NCBI RefSeq assembly: GCF_004010195.1
Contig: NC_057750.1
Location: 8,762,684 to 8,826,683, forward strand
From: Chiloscyllium plagiosum
Lineage: Eukaryota
DNA: 64,000 nucleotides
Reading direction: 5' to 3'
Below, piece by piece: positions 52,470 to 63,810 of this stretch. The position numbers and the translations under genes were made by a program. Each line of letters begins with the position of its first letter. Positions within the stretch are counted from its first letter, which is position 1. The notes beneath the pieces were generated by a model that was given only the letters and a program-made list of their open reading frames with translations, searched no databases and had not been told where the DNA came from.

Positions 52470-53274
52470 GTTTTCCCAGGTGATTCCAGGGTCAGCAATT
52501 CTAATCAGTAACCTGTCTTCCAACCACATCATGAAATACAAAATGACCTGGTCATGAGCACACTGCAGATCGAGAGAGCTGGCTGCCATATTGCCTACAT
52601 ACCAACAACAACTGTGCTTCAAAGCTGGCTCCAAAAGAGATTCAGAATGGCTGGGGGTTGAGATGCTACACAAATGCACATTGTTTCATTCTTTTTCAGT
52701 TGATAATCAATTGCAATATCTTACCATCCTTCAAGCCCCCACCCAGCGTGCTTTCCTTTTTGGGGGGTGTGAGCTATTTTACCATGAGAGGGAATGTTCC
52801 CCTTAAACGTGAAGAACAACGGGGAGTTTCTTTACCCCCATCACACACATCTGGGAGAGCTTCCCACTGTGACTCTTTTTTTTTGTTTTTTGACTACAAC
52901 CAGTAAAATACTGCAGCCAGTTGAGTATTTACAGTAAAGTCCATTGAGGCTAATTCAAACCCCACATTCCAAATGATTTGCAGGTTGGGTGAATTGGCCA
53001 TGCTAAACTGCTCATAGTGTTAGGTGCATTAGTCATGGATAAATGTAGGGAAATGCATCTGGGTGGGTTACGGACTTGTTGGGCCGAAGGGCCCGTTTCC
53101 GTGTGCGAGAGAGAGAGATGGTGTGTGTATAGTATCAGGAAGACAGGGAAGGGACTAAATCAGAGGGGAAAATAAAGCACTGTATCCCTTACTGTGCATC
53201 GAGAGTGAGGGTTTTATTAGCAGCTCCCAGGCAATCAAGAATAAATCCCACCCCTGCCCTTTACTGAGAGATAG

Positions 53275-53745
53275 GGATAGAGATGTACAGCACGGAAACA
53301 GACCCTTCGGTCTAACTCATCCATGCCGATCAGATATCCTAACCTAATCCAGTCCCATTTGCCTCTAAACCTATCCCAGATGCCTTTTAAATGCTGTAAT
53401 TGTACCAGCCTCCACCACTTCCTCTGGCAGCTCATTCCATACACGTACCACCCTCTGTGTGAAAATGTTGTCCCTTAAGACCCCTTAAATCTTTCCCCCC
53501 TCAATCTAAACCTATGCCCTCTAGTTCTGGACTCCCCCACCCCAGGGAAAAGACTGTCTGTTTATCCTATCCATGCCCCTCATGATTTTATAAACCTCTA
53601 TAAAGGTCACCCTTCAGCCTCCGACACTCCAGGGAAAACAGCTCCTGTCTATTCAGCCTCTCCCTGTAGCTCAAACCCTCCAACCCTGGCCACCCTTGCA
53701 AATCTTTCCTGAAACCTTTCAAGTTGAACAACATCCTTCCTACAG
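53275..53745 (-). mobile_element. CR1/HER1-like LINE 3' fragment
   Basis: Reverse complement of the same ORF2 end and tail as 29712-30232. Confidence 0.85.
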
Positions 53746-54511
53746 GAAATTAACCTGAGGATAAGGCTATTTCTATCAATTATGGGCTAAAGGCAGCTTA
53801 ATCGGATTTACACAGCACCTCGTAATAAACTGGTGATGAATCTTTCCCATCATAATGGCAAAAGCTTCAGGCCATACATAAATGTACATGTGCACAGGGC
53901 CTTCTTGTGGCACAGTGGTAGTGACCCTACCCCTGGCCAGAAAGACCTGGGTTCAAGTCCCACCTGCTCATGAGGTGTACAATAACATCCCTGAACAGGT
54001 TGAATAGAAAAATCAATAAGTATGCACATGCACAAATCAGGAGCAGGGCCCTGTTCCCCTTCCTATTTACTAGGCCTCAACCCCACTTTCCCACCCACTC
54101 CCCATATCCCATCCAATCCCCTGGAGTATCCAGAAATTTAATCACCTCAGTCATAAATGTTTACATAATCACTGAACAAACAAACCTCCCCTGGATCCAA
54201 AATGGCCGACTCCTTGTCCTGAGACTGTCAGCTGGTCTAGTCTCCCACGCTTACTTTGTTTGAAGGGGTGGGGGTTAAAACAGACTGGCAGCATTTAGCC
54301 TATCAAAACCTGTCAGCGTTTTACACACGTTGCAAAAAAATGCCATGGGTTGGGGGTGGGGCACGAACCGTTCTGAAGAACCAGTTTGCCACAAGCCCCT
54401 GACCCGCCCTCTCCCTGTAGCTCTGTTCATTCTTTTACTTTCAGATCATTTGAAAGTGACTGTCTACAACTGTAACTTCAGTGAGTGTGGGCCCTTACAC
54501 AGATGTACATA

Positions 54512-55130
54512 CAGGTCGCTCTGCTATAACGTACATTTTGTCAACGTGAATTCTTTGTAACACCATTGACAAATAGGGGACGCTGTTTCTAAAGCGCATA
54601 CTTTTAAAACGCCTGTTGGCTATAGCGCGATTGCATCGCCAAAACTTTAAACGTGATTGAGAGAGTCATAGAGAAGTACAGCACAGAAACAGACCCTTTG
54701 GTCCAACTCGTCCATGCCCACCACATATCCTAACCTAATCTAGTCCCATTTGTCAGCATTTGGTTCATATCCTTCTACACCCTTCCTATTCATATACCCA
54801 TCCAGATGCCTTTTAAATGTTGTAATTATACCAGCCACCACCCCTCCCTCAGGCAGCTCAATCCATACATGCATCACTGTCTGTCCGGAAAATGTTGCCC
54901 CTTAGGTCCCTTTTAAATCTTTCCCCTCTCACCTTAAACCCATGCCCTCTAGTTCTGGACTCCCCTACCCCAGGGAAAAGATCTTGTCTATTTACCCTAT
55001 CCATGTCCCTCATGATTTTATAAACCTCTATTAAGGTCACCCCTCAGCCTCAGTGATTTGTATCGCGTGATGTTTGCGTAGTGCAGGGTCATATGAGAAC
55101 GCAACCACCATCTAATAGCAGAACTACCTA
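54512..55130. mobile_element. Tc1/pogo(Tigger)-like MITE with a nested CR1 fragment (~54663-55050, minus)
   Basis: Imperfect terminal inverted repeats (TIRs) TA|caggtcgctctgctataac ... ctaatagcagaactaccta|TA, with TA flanks. Confidence 0.6.
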
Positions 55131-55293
55131 TATGTAAATATACACACACGGACAAGAGATTCGATGGTATGGCTCAAATCATCTTCCTTCCCACTTGCTT
55201 ACGATGTAACGCTAACTTAATAACAGAGTGTGAATTACTGACAGGTAAAACACAATGCAATTGGAGCTTGCAAACAAACAATGACTCCCTTAC

Positions 55294-56475
55294 CTTAGTC
55301 CTCCCATTGATCATGTATGCCCCCAGCCTGCCAGTGCTATAGATGATCAGCTCATCGATCCTGGCCATCAAGAGGCCAATGTTGGCACAGGATTGTTCCT
55401 TGCCATCCACCCAGGCAATCTTGTCTCCTCGGATGCTCCTGGTGGGCACACTGAGGGGGCTGACCACCTTCCCGTCCATCAGGATCCCATTCCGGTGTAG
55501 GCTCAGCACTTCCATGAGGACCTTATTCCCCAGTCCCTCCCCGAGAAAATTGTCCTTGACACAGATGCCATAGCAATTCATGCAGGGCACAATGTAGTTG
55601 TTGACCAAGTCCTGCATCTGCAATCTCAGGTGCGTGTCCTGCGCTGCCCTGCCCATCGCATTAGCGTCCTGGCACCCCAAGGGTGCCACGTTTTCATCCT
55701 CCTCTTTCTTCCACTTGGCATCCTTGCCAGGGCCAGGATCCTCGCTGTGGCCGTTCACCAGGCTCAGGCCGCTGGGACTGTCCAGGTTTTCCAGTCTTTT
55801 CCGCTTGGGGCACAGCTGGGCATCGCTCCCATCCACTTGAAGGCCCCCGCCACTCCCTCCCTGCCACAGGCAAGAGGCTGGCATCAGACACGGGCTCTCC
55901 AAGGCTCTCCTTCTGCAGTTGCTGCTCGCCACCTCCTGGCCGGCAGAAAGGGTACTGAGGACAGGATCGATGGTCAGCAGGAGGTCCCGAGAATGGCGGG
56001 GCGGTTGGTGGGGCAGCTTCCTTGCACTCTCGCTATGCACAGTGCCCACAGACCCCATAACCGTTCGAGAGCTAGTGGGTGCTGAAACTAGTTGGCAGTC
56101 CCCAGATGCTGTAGACATTCGGGTGCCAGTGGATACTGTAACCATGTGGGTGCCAGGGGATACTGTAACCATTCGGGTGCCAGTGGATACTGTAACCATT
56201 CGGGTGCCAGGGGATACTGTATCCAGCGGAGAGGATACATTGTCTCCGCCCGCTTCCGCTCCCATGCCCGTGCCCCTGAGGTGGGTAGCCGGCTGCAGGA
56301 GTTGGCAGGGGGGCCTGCCAGCCGCCGCGGGCTGGCTGGGGAAGCCCTGCAGCCCCATGGGCAGAGCGGCCGGGGCTGGCGGCTCGGCGGGGCAGGGGGC
56401 AGAGCTCAGAGCCGAGAGCCTCAGGGAGTCGGGCGGGGGCGGGGGCGGGGGCGGGGGCTGGGGCGGCTCTGCCAT
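55294..56475 (-). CDS. EGLN2: Egl-9 family HIF prolyl hydroxylase 2 (PHD1), coding exon 1
   Basis: 394 codons ending ACTAAG|gtaagg. The low-complexity N-terminus has no MYND finger and carries an NLS-like PKRKR. It is followed by YIVPCMNCYGICVKDNFLG, IRGDKIAWVDG and RLGAYMINGRTK, which are closest to EGLN2. Confidence 0.93.
56105..56221 (-). repeat. Coding 27-bp minisatellite in EGLN2 (TVS[P/T]GT[R/H]MV x4.3)
   Basis: Units start at 56105, 56132, 56159, 56186 and 56213 (partial). Confidence 0.92.
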
Positions 56476-56793
56476 CTCAGCTCACGTCCCGGGGCCATGG
56501 CTTGGCAGAGCCCGGCACCGGGCTCACGGGCATCTCATCCTCACCAGGCCGGGACTCACCCACCCACACACCCTCTGCCTCTGGATTACCGCCGCCGCTT
56601 CTCTCTCTCTCTCTCCTCTTTCGCGCTCTCTCTCCTCGGAAACAGTCTCCTCGGCGAATTGCAATCGACCACCACCTCCCCGGCGCTGCATTTAACGAGT
56701 TGCATGTGTCCGGGGCTGCATTGCCCGCAGGAAGGGTCCCTGCCCGAGCCCCGAACCCCGCCACCTCTTCTCCATCAGCCCTTGTGTCAATTA

Positions 56794-56816
56794 CACGTGC
56801 ACAACCTCCCCACGTG
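56794..56816. promoter_or_regulatory. Paired CACGTG E-boxes (each contains an RCGTG HRE core) upstream of EGLN2
   Basis: CACGTG at 56794-99 and 56811-16, at the edge of the CpG island, ~320-340 bp 5' of the ATG. Confidence 0.45.
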
Positions 56817-56856
56817 ACCCAGTAAACAGACATGAAACAGACTGGGGGTGGGGGCT

Positions 56857-56890
56857 GGCAGTACCAGCCTACACCCAGTAGGGGGCAGCA
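56857..56890 (+). promoter_or_regulatory. CTCF-like site with upstream module near the EGLN2 promoter
   Basis: GGCAGTACC (56857-65), then 9 nt, then CCAGTAGGGGGCAG (56875-88). Confidence 0.5.
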
Positions 56891-57619
56891 GTGAGTGGGG
56901 GTGGGTAGCAGGAGTCTTAAAAGTTGTTCCTCTAAGGCACAGAGACCCCTTCCCTCCCCCCTCCAACCAAGAGTCTTAAAGCTGTCTCCCCCTTGGAATA
57001 CACTCATTTGGATCTCATGCCCCCAACCCACACTCCCCTCCCTTTCCAAACCATGCCAAAGTGTCTACTGCACCCTCCCTCACACGTCACCTCCCCCTCT
57101 GCTTCCCCCACCTNGCTCCCCCCTTCCCCTCTCTGCTTCCCACACCTCCCCCTCCCTGCTTCCCTCCTCCCCCACCCCACATGAACAGGAACCACTGCCT
57201 ACCAGAGGGACTCTGCCCAGACAAGGAATAGCACCCAGGTGAACAGCCAACAGTACCCACAAGGGACTGGCACAATTTAAAGACAGATGGCTGATTTCAG
57301 CTGGGACAGCGTCAGCAAGTTTTCTTTTGGACAGGCCCATAGTGAGATCATCACGGTATCTTACCAAACCCACCTCATTAACCAAAACAAAAACTGCAGA
57401 GGCCGGAAGCCGAAAGCAAAAGCAGAAATTGCTGGAAAATCTCAGCAGGACCGACAGCATGTGTGGAATCACAGAACGCTTATGGTGTGGAAGCAGGCCA
57501 TTTGGCCCATTGAGCCCACGCTGCCCCTCCAATGTCCATCCCACCCAGTGCCGATGACAGAAAGGTAAGCTTCTGAGAAATTCACTTGCACCAGTTGCCT
57601 TTGAGTTGGGGTAAGCATT

Positions 57620-60420
57620 TCTGACATCATACCATTATTTGGGAATCTTGGATCGTTCAGTCTCACCATCCAAGACTGGGTCCAGGATGTGGAAAGAATG
57701 TGTTATGTTTTCCAGGCAAATGACATTGGGACAGGTGGAAAGCAACAAGTAATTCCCCTGGCAGCTTGTGGACCCACAGCTTTTTCAGTTATTCGGGCCT
57801 AACTGAGGCACTGGATACTTAAACCTTTCAAGAGTTGACAGATTTAGTTAAGGAATATTATGACCCCAAGCATCCTCTCATTCCGAGGTGCTATTGGTTT
57901 TACTCAGCATTTTGAGATCCAGGGGAGTCCATATCAGGAGTTGACTAGTTTAATATGACTGGCAGAGGCATATGACATTGGTTTAATCCTTAATGAGATT
58001 AAATCCTTAATGATGTGGAAACAGGCCCTTTGGCCCAACAAGTCCATACCGACCCTCCGAAGAGAAACCCACCCAGACCCTTTTCCCTACATTTACTCGT
58101 GACTAATGCACCTAACATTATGGGCAATTTAGCATGGCCAATTCCCCTGACCTGCACACCTTTTGGAATGTGGGAGGAAACCAGAGCAAACCTGCACAGA
58201 CATGGGGAGAATGTGCCAACTCCACACAGACAGTCACCCGAGGCTAGAATTGAACCTGGGTCCCTATCACTGTGAGGCAGCAGTGCTAACCATTGAGCCA
58301 CCGTGCCGCCCAAATAAGATGCTGAGAGACAGTTTGTGATATAACCATGCAAAAGTGCCTACCAGCTGAAACCCAACTGGACTTGAACCAGGCACTACAC
58401 CTGGCTTTATCGTTGGAAAATGCAGTAAGTGGAGCGTATGAGTTGAGGGTATTCCGATGGAAGTGGGCACCCTCGCCAATCTGACGGAGCTTGGGCGAAG
58501 GCAATTGCACAGCCTCACTCAGGACATTATCCTGGACAGAGGGACTCTAGCTCAGCTCACAACTAAACCCCAAAACAAACCCAAACAGTTCAAATTCCCT
58601 GCAGGGTGCGGGTGGGCAGTTGCTGCCAGTGTGTGGACTCAAGACAGCAAAAGAGTCCAACTAGACCTCAACTGAGTAAGAGAGCTCGCAGGCTGGAGAG
58701 TGCACACCCTGGAAAGCCCACCTACATCTGGTCTGGAACAGTTAGATTGCTTAGCAACATCCAAATCTGAACCAATCGAAATAAACCTCTGATGAAATGG
58801 TGACCCGGTTCTAATGGAGGACGATACCAGTGCGGCTATATCAGTGATTGCAGAACCAGTCTTTAACAAAATTCGCTCCGGACTCCAACCCTTTAGTTTG
58901 CACAAGACCTCGGTCAGACTGAGAGCCTATACCCAGGAACCTTTACAGATTAAAAGGTACAACTTCGGTTCCGGTCTCTTATGAGAAACAGCTGGTTCAG
59001 TTCCCACTGATTGTAGTAAAAGGTTTGGGCCCGAGCTCGATGGGGTGAAATTGGTTGAGAAAGATTCACTTTGACTGGCTCAACCTTTCTCGATTAGAGA
59101 GTGGCTGCCTGATTGACGTCCTAATTAAATACCGGAAGGTTCTTCAGGAAGGTCTAGGGTCTATCAATGGAGCTGGCATGTTGACCAGGAAGTAATTCCA
59201 CGATTCTGCAAGGCCTGCTCAGTGCCACCTGCCTTACAGGGAAAAGGAGAGGCAGAAATCAGGAGGCTGGAAAGGGAGGGAACCATTAAAACCAGTCCAG
59301 TTTGTGGAATGGGCAGCTCCGGGCATACTGATCGTGAAGCCCGATGGGGCGGTTCATCTTTGTGGGGATTTTAAACAAATGGTAAATCCCGTTTCTCACT
59401 GCTGGATACATACCCAATCCCTCACCCAGCGGATTTATGCATAAAGATGGTGCTGGGGGGGGGGGTGCTGTCCTTCACAAAGCAGGACGTGAGCCATGTG
59501 ACCCTGCAATTGTGGTTAGATGAGGATTCCGAGAAATATGGTACAATTAATCCCCATCAGGGTTTGCACTAATATTGGAGATGGCCATTTGGAGTATTGT
59601 CCACCTGTGCAATTTTTCAGTGGATGACAAGGAACATTTTACATCTACCCCAATTGCCATTTATATAGATGACATGCTAACAACAGGGAAGATGAATAAG
59701 GAGCACTTAGAGAACTTGAACATAGTCCTTAGACATTTCTCCCAGGCGTACGCCTTAGAAGGGAAAAGTGTGTGTTCCAGGCACCCCAAGTGACCTACAT
59801 GGGCTACAGAGTCAACCAGACTGGGTGACACCTGTTGGAAGATAAAGTGAGGGTGATCAAACCTGGCCCAGCTTCCATGTCTGTACCAGAGCTTGGGTCT
59901 TTCCTTGTGCTAGTGACTTATTATGGAAAGTTCATACATAACTTGGCCTCCATCCTGGCACCTTGGCATTGACCCCTAAGAAAGGGTCAGCCTTGGAAAT
60001 GGTCACATAGCTGAGCCATAGCCTTTTACGGAAGTGAAGAAACAGCTACCATCCTTGAAGGTGTTGGCACACCATGACCCCAAGCGAGACTCCAAGGATT
60101 TCAGTGAGTCCCTCTCTCACTGCACACCCCAGGTCATCTCCTCTGCCATCCAGCATCTGCAGTCCTCACTTTCTCCCCCAAGCGAGATCTGGCAAGATGA
60201 TGCCTCCCTGCAAGGCATTGGGCTAGTATTATCTCAAAGGCGGCCCAGTGGAGAGGAACACCCAAAAGTGTATGGATCCAGCACTTTGGGTAACGCAGAG
60301 CGTAAATATGCCCAGATAGAGAAGGAAGGTTTGGGGTCATACTTGGAATCAGGAAGTCCCACCAATAGCTTTACGGATGTAAATTTGAAATGACAATGGA
60401 CTACAAACTTCTTCAAGGCA
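57620..60420 (+). mobile_element. Degenerate Ty3/Gypsy LTR retrotransposon internal region (gag-PR-RT-RNase H), with a nested HE1 SINE at ~58010-58310 (minus)
   Basis: Protease-like NGDPVLMEDDTSAAISVI (~58795-58850), RT IYIDDMLTTG...EHLENLNIVL, and RNase H DASLQGIGLVLSQ and ERKYAQIEKEGL. Many stops and frameshifts. Confidence 0.85.
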
Positions 60421-61180
60421 GGCATCCTTGCAAGAGGATTCGCAGTAGGGTTAAAATCAACGAGGTAAANNNNNNNNNNNNNNNNNNNNNNNNNNNNNNN
60501 NNNNNNNNNNNNNNNNNNNNNNNNNNNNNNNNNNNNNNNNNNNNNNNNNNNNNNNNNNNNNNNNNNNNNNNNNNNNNNNNNNNNNNNNNNNNNNNNNNNN
60601 NNNNNNNNNNNNNNNNNNNNNNNNNNNNNNNNNNNNNNNNNNNNNNNNNNNNNNNNNNNNNNNNNNNNNNNNNNNNNNNNNNNNNNNNNNNNNNNNNNNN
60701 NNNNNNNNNNNNNNNNNNNNNNNNNNNNNNNNNNNNNNNNNNNNNNNNNNNNNNNNNNNNNNNNNNNNNNNNNNNNNNNNNNNNNNNNNNNNNNNNACAA
60801 TAAATGATAATAGTGGATGTGCAAGTAAAACTTTGATGGGTGTGGAGGGCTCCTTTAGGGCCTTGGATAGAGGTGAGGGAGGAGGTGTGGGCGCAGGTTT
60901 TACAGTTCCTGCGGTGGCAGGGGAAGGTGCCAGGATGGGAGGGTGGGTTGTAGGGGGCCGTGGACCTAACCAGGTAGTCATGGAGGGAACGGTCTTTGCG
61001 GAAGGCGGAAAGGGTTGGGGAGGGAAATATATCCCTGGTGGTGGGGTCTTTTTGGAGGTGGTGGAAATATCGGCAGATGATTTGGTTTATGCGAAGGTTG
61101 GTAGGATGGAAGGTGAGCACCAGGGGCGTTCTGTCCTTGTTACGGTTGGAGGGGTGGGGTCTGAGGGGGGAGGTGTGGGA
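60420..61180 (-). mobile_element. Penelope-like element fragment (spans gap 60470-60796)
   Basis: RNKDRTPLVLTFHPTNLRINQII...PGTFPCHRRNCKTCAH...SFTCTSTIIIYC: the thumb-GIY-YIG linker of a PLE, homologous to 21825-22537. Confidence 0.85.
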
Positions 61181-61181
61181 T

Positions 61182-61510
61182 GTCATCCATATGTTTATCC
61201 AATGGCCATTTAAATGCCCTTAAAGTTGGCGAGTCTACTACAGTTGCAGGCAGGGCGTTCCGTGCCCTTGCTACTCTCTGAGTAAAGAAACTACCTCTGA
61301 CATCTGTACTGTAGCTATCACCCCTCAATTTAAAGCTATGTCCCCTCGTGCTAGCCATCACCATCTGAGGAAAAAGGCTCTCACAGTCCATCCTGTCTAA
61401 CTCTATGATTATCTTATGTGTCTCAATTAAGTCACTTCCCAACCTTCTTCTGTCTAATGAAAACAGCCTCAAGTCCCTCAGCCTTTGCTCTTAAGGCCTT
61501 CCCTCCATAT
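61182..61510 (-). mobile_element. CR1-like LINE fragment
   Basis: ORF 61140..61472(-) reads LFSLDRRRLGSDLIETHKII...SFFTQRVARARNALPATVVDSPTL. Confidence 0.8.
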
Positions 61511-62034
61511 CAGAAGATCAGACTGAACTGAGTGCAGCGTTTTCTTCCCATCAGCAACTCTGTTGGACCTGTCCCTGTAGTCAAATGAGGGGTTGTCCTT
61601 TAATCAAATAGGAACTGGGACAGTTTGGTAAGTAGTAAAGCTGTAGGCTGTTTCTTTAATCTTGCCTTTAAAGTCTAGACTGCTCTTTCTGCCAGACCAT
61701 TGGATGATGGATGATACGGAACTGTCCTTAAATGACGAATATGGCTGGAATCTAATATGACTCTTCTTCACTCGATCTGAAATGTTAACACTGATTTCTC
61801 TCCACAGATGCTGCCAGACCTGCTGAATTTCTCCAGCAATTTGTATTTTTCTGAGTTCCAGCTCTCTGTTGTTGTTCGTTTTATATTAGATTTCTGATCA
61901 GTAAAGGGAATCAAGGGGAAAAGAGGGTTATCAGACCAGCACTGGCTGGCAGACTTGATGGGCTGAATGGTCTACTCTGAGCCAATGGCTTATGGATTAA
62001 TAGTTTGTTCAAAGGGTTGGCATGAGCACAATGG

Positions 62035-62246
62035 GCTGAAAATGTGTTGCTGGAAAAGCGCAGCAGGTCAGGCAGCATCCAGGGAACAGGAGAATCGACG
62101 TTTCGGGCATGAGCCCTTCTTCAGGAATCTGGGCTCATGCCCAAAACGTCGATTCTCCTGTTCCCTGGATGCTGCCTGACCTGCTGCGCTTTTCCAGCAA
62201 CACATTTTCAGCTCTGATCTCCAGCATCTGCAGACCTCACTTTCTC
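62035..62246. mobile_element. Fold-back PLE-end mini-element (82-bp arms) with a hammerhead core on the minus strand at 62097-62124
   Basis: Arms 62035-62116 and 62131-62212 differ by one mismatch. 16-bp TSD CATGAGCACAATGGGC (62021-36 / 62247-62). Confidence 0.88.
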
Positions 62247-62751
62247 CATGAGCACAATGGGCCTTGCCTTCTGCTGGGAGATTTTATGATACTCTACGAT
62301 TTTTGTGTGTGTGTTTCCCGCATCTTATGATTATGTCACTTGGGCTGAGAGCCCTTAGCAATTGCACAATTCATTGTTTAACACCAACACTTCCAGGCAA
62401 TCAGGTGACCTTCAGTTATTGCTTCACTTTACAGTAGCTGTTGTTTGTGCTTGTCGGCAGACAACTGCTTCTTTTGAGCTTTCCCGAAATGAACTGTCAG
62501 TCTGGTCCAGGGCTGCAATTTGCCCCCGGGTTGGCATTGCCCTCCCCACAAAGCTATTGAAGATCTCGGCCGTGGCATTGCCACAAGCTGGAGGAGTATA
62601 AGGGGCTCTGTTGGCCACTATGCCCAAACGTTCACATTTTATTCATTCACAGGATATGGGTGCTGCTGTTCCATCATTTATCTGCCCATCCCTAATCGCC
62701 CAGAGGGCAGTTCAGACTCAACCACATTGCAGTGGTCTGGAGTCACATGTC

Positions 62752-63045
62752 ATAGGGTTATAGAGATGAACAGCGCAGAAACAGACCCTTCGGTCCAACC
62801 TGTCCATGCTGACCAGATATCCTGACCTAATCTAGTCCCATTTGCCAGCACTTGGCCCATATCCCTCCAAACTCTTCCTATTCATATACCCATCCAGATG
62901 CCTTTTAAATGTTGTAATTGTACCAGCCTCCACCACTTCCTCTGGCAGCTCATTCCATACATGTACCACCCTCTGCATGAAAAAGATGCCCCCTCAGGTC
63001 CTTTTTAAATCTTTCCCCTCTCACCTTAAACCTAAGCCCTCCAGT
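62752..63045 (-). mobile_element. CR1/HER1-like LINE 3' tail
   Basis: Same tail as 29712, 53275 and 54663. Confidence 0.85.
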
Positions 63046-63544
63046 ATGATGTCAAGATTGGGTCATTAGGTATAGTCCAGGCTGATATGGACAGATTTTT
63101 AGCCAATTTAAGGGAATCAACAGTTCTAACGCAAAGGGCAAAGGGAAGTAGATTTGGGGATTATGAGATCAGCCACTGAATGGCGGAGCAGATGAGCTGA
63201 ATGGCTTACCTCTGCTCCACTAGCTTATGTCCCTTAAGGTGCTATGTAAATGAAAGTCTTTTTCTCATGTCAACCACACTGGGCTGAACCACTGGGCGTG
63301 GGTGAGGAGTGTAATGGATAATATCTGCCTTCTCAGTCCAGAAATAAGGCTGTGATGTCCACTCATTATTACTCCAGGGTTTGTCACTTAAATAACTCCA
63401 TAGAGGCCAGTTGTACCATCCCCCTTTATTTACACATGGAGTGTCCTTGACACTGATCCAGCTCCCTCAGAACTCCTGACATTCCTCTTTTTGTCTTTGT
63501 TTCCCCCACACTACGGCCTGACAGCAGTAATGCTCATTTCTCCC

Positions 63545-63810
63545 CAGCATTCATGTCGTGTGTATGTGTGTGTGTGTGCAGGTGTCGGACACAGTGAAAA
63601 ACAACACGTGTGTAAATCTTTATTGATATTCCACCATCAGGAAGAAAGGAAACACCCGTCAGAGGGCAATGCTGTGTGATCAAACAGTAAAAGGGAGGGC
63701 AGGGATTAAATCAAAATAGAGTTGGAGGGAGAAATGATACACTCCACTCCCTGCGGTGCCCACCTCTCCCTGAAAATCTCGAGGGTGTTGTTAGACACTG
63801 CGTGATACCC
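63545..63810 (-). mobile_element. L1/Tx1-like LINE 3' fragment
   Basis: The minus strand encodes HAVSNNTLEIFRERWAPQGVECII, resembling a Tx1 ORF2 C-terminus. Confidence 0.5.

Noticed and set aside
55174..55293. C-terminal tail of the 433-aa ORF
   Set aside because: It is intron read-through after the AAG|gtaagg donor; the protein continues at 45289.
55630..57049. 150-258-aa ORFs overlapping EGLN2 exon 1 and the CpG island
   Set aside because: Stop-poor GC-rich and repeat sequence with no independent coding evidence.
57620..60420. Domesticated Gypsy-derived gene
   Set aside because: It has multiple stops and frameshifts, a degenerate protease site and nested insertions.
60234..61186. ORFs spanning the N-run
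   Set aside because: Their length is an artefact of the gap; only the PLE-derived part is meaningful.
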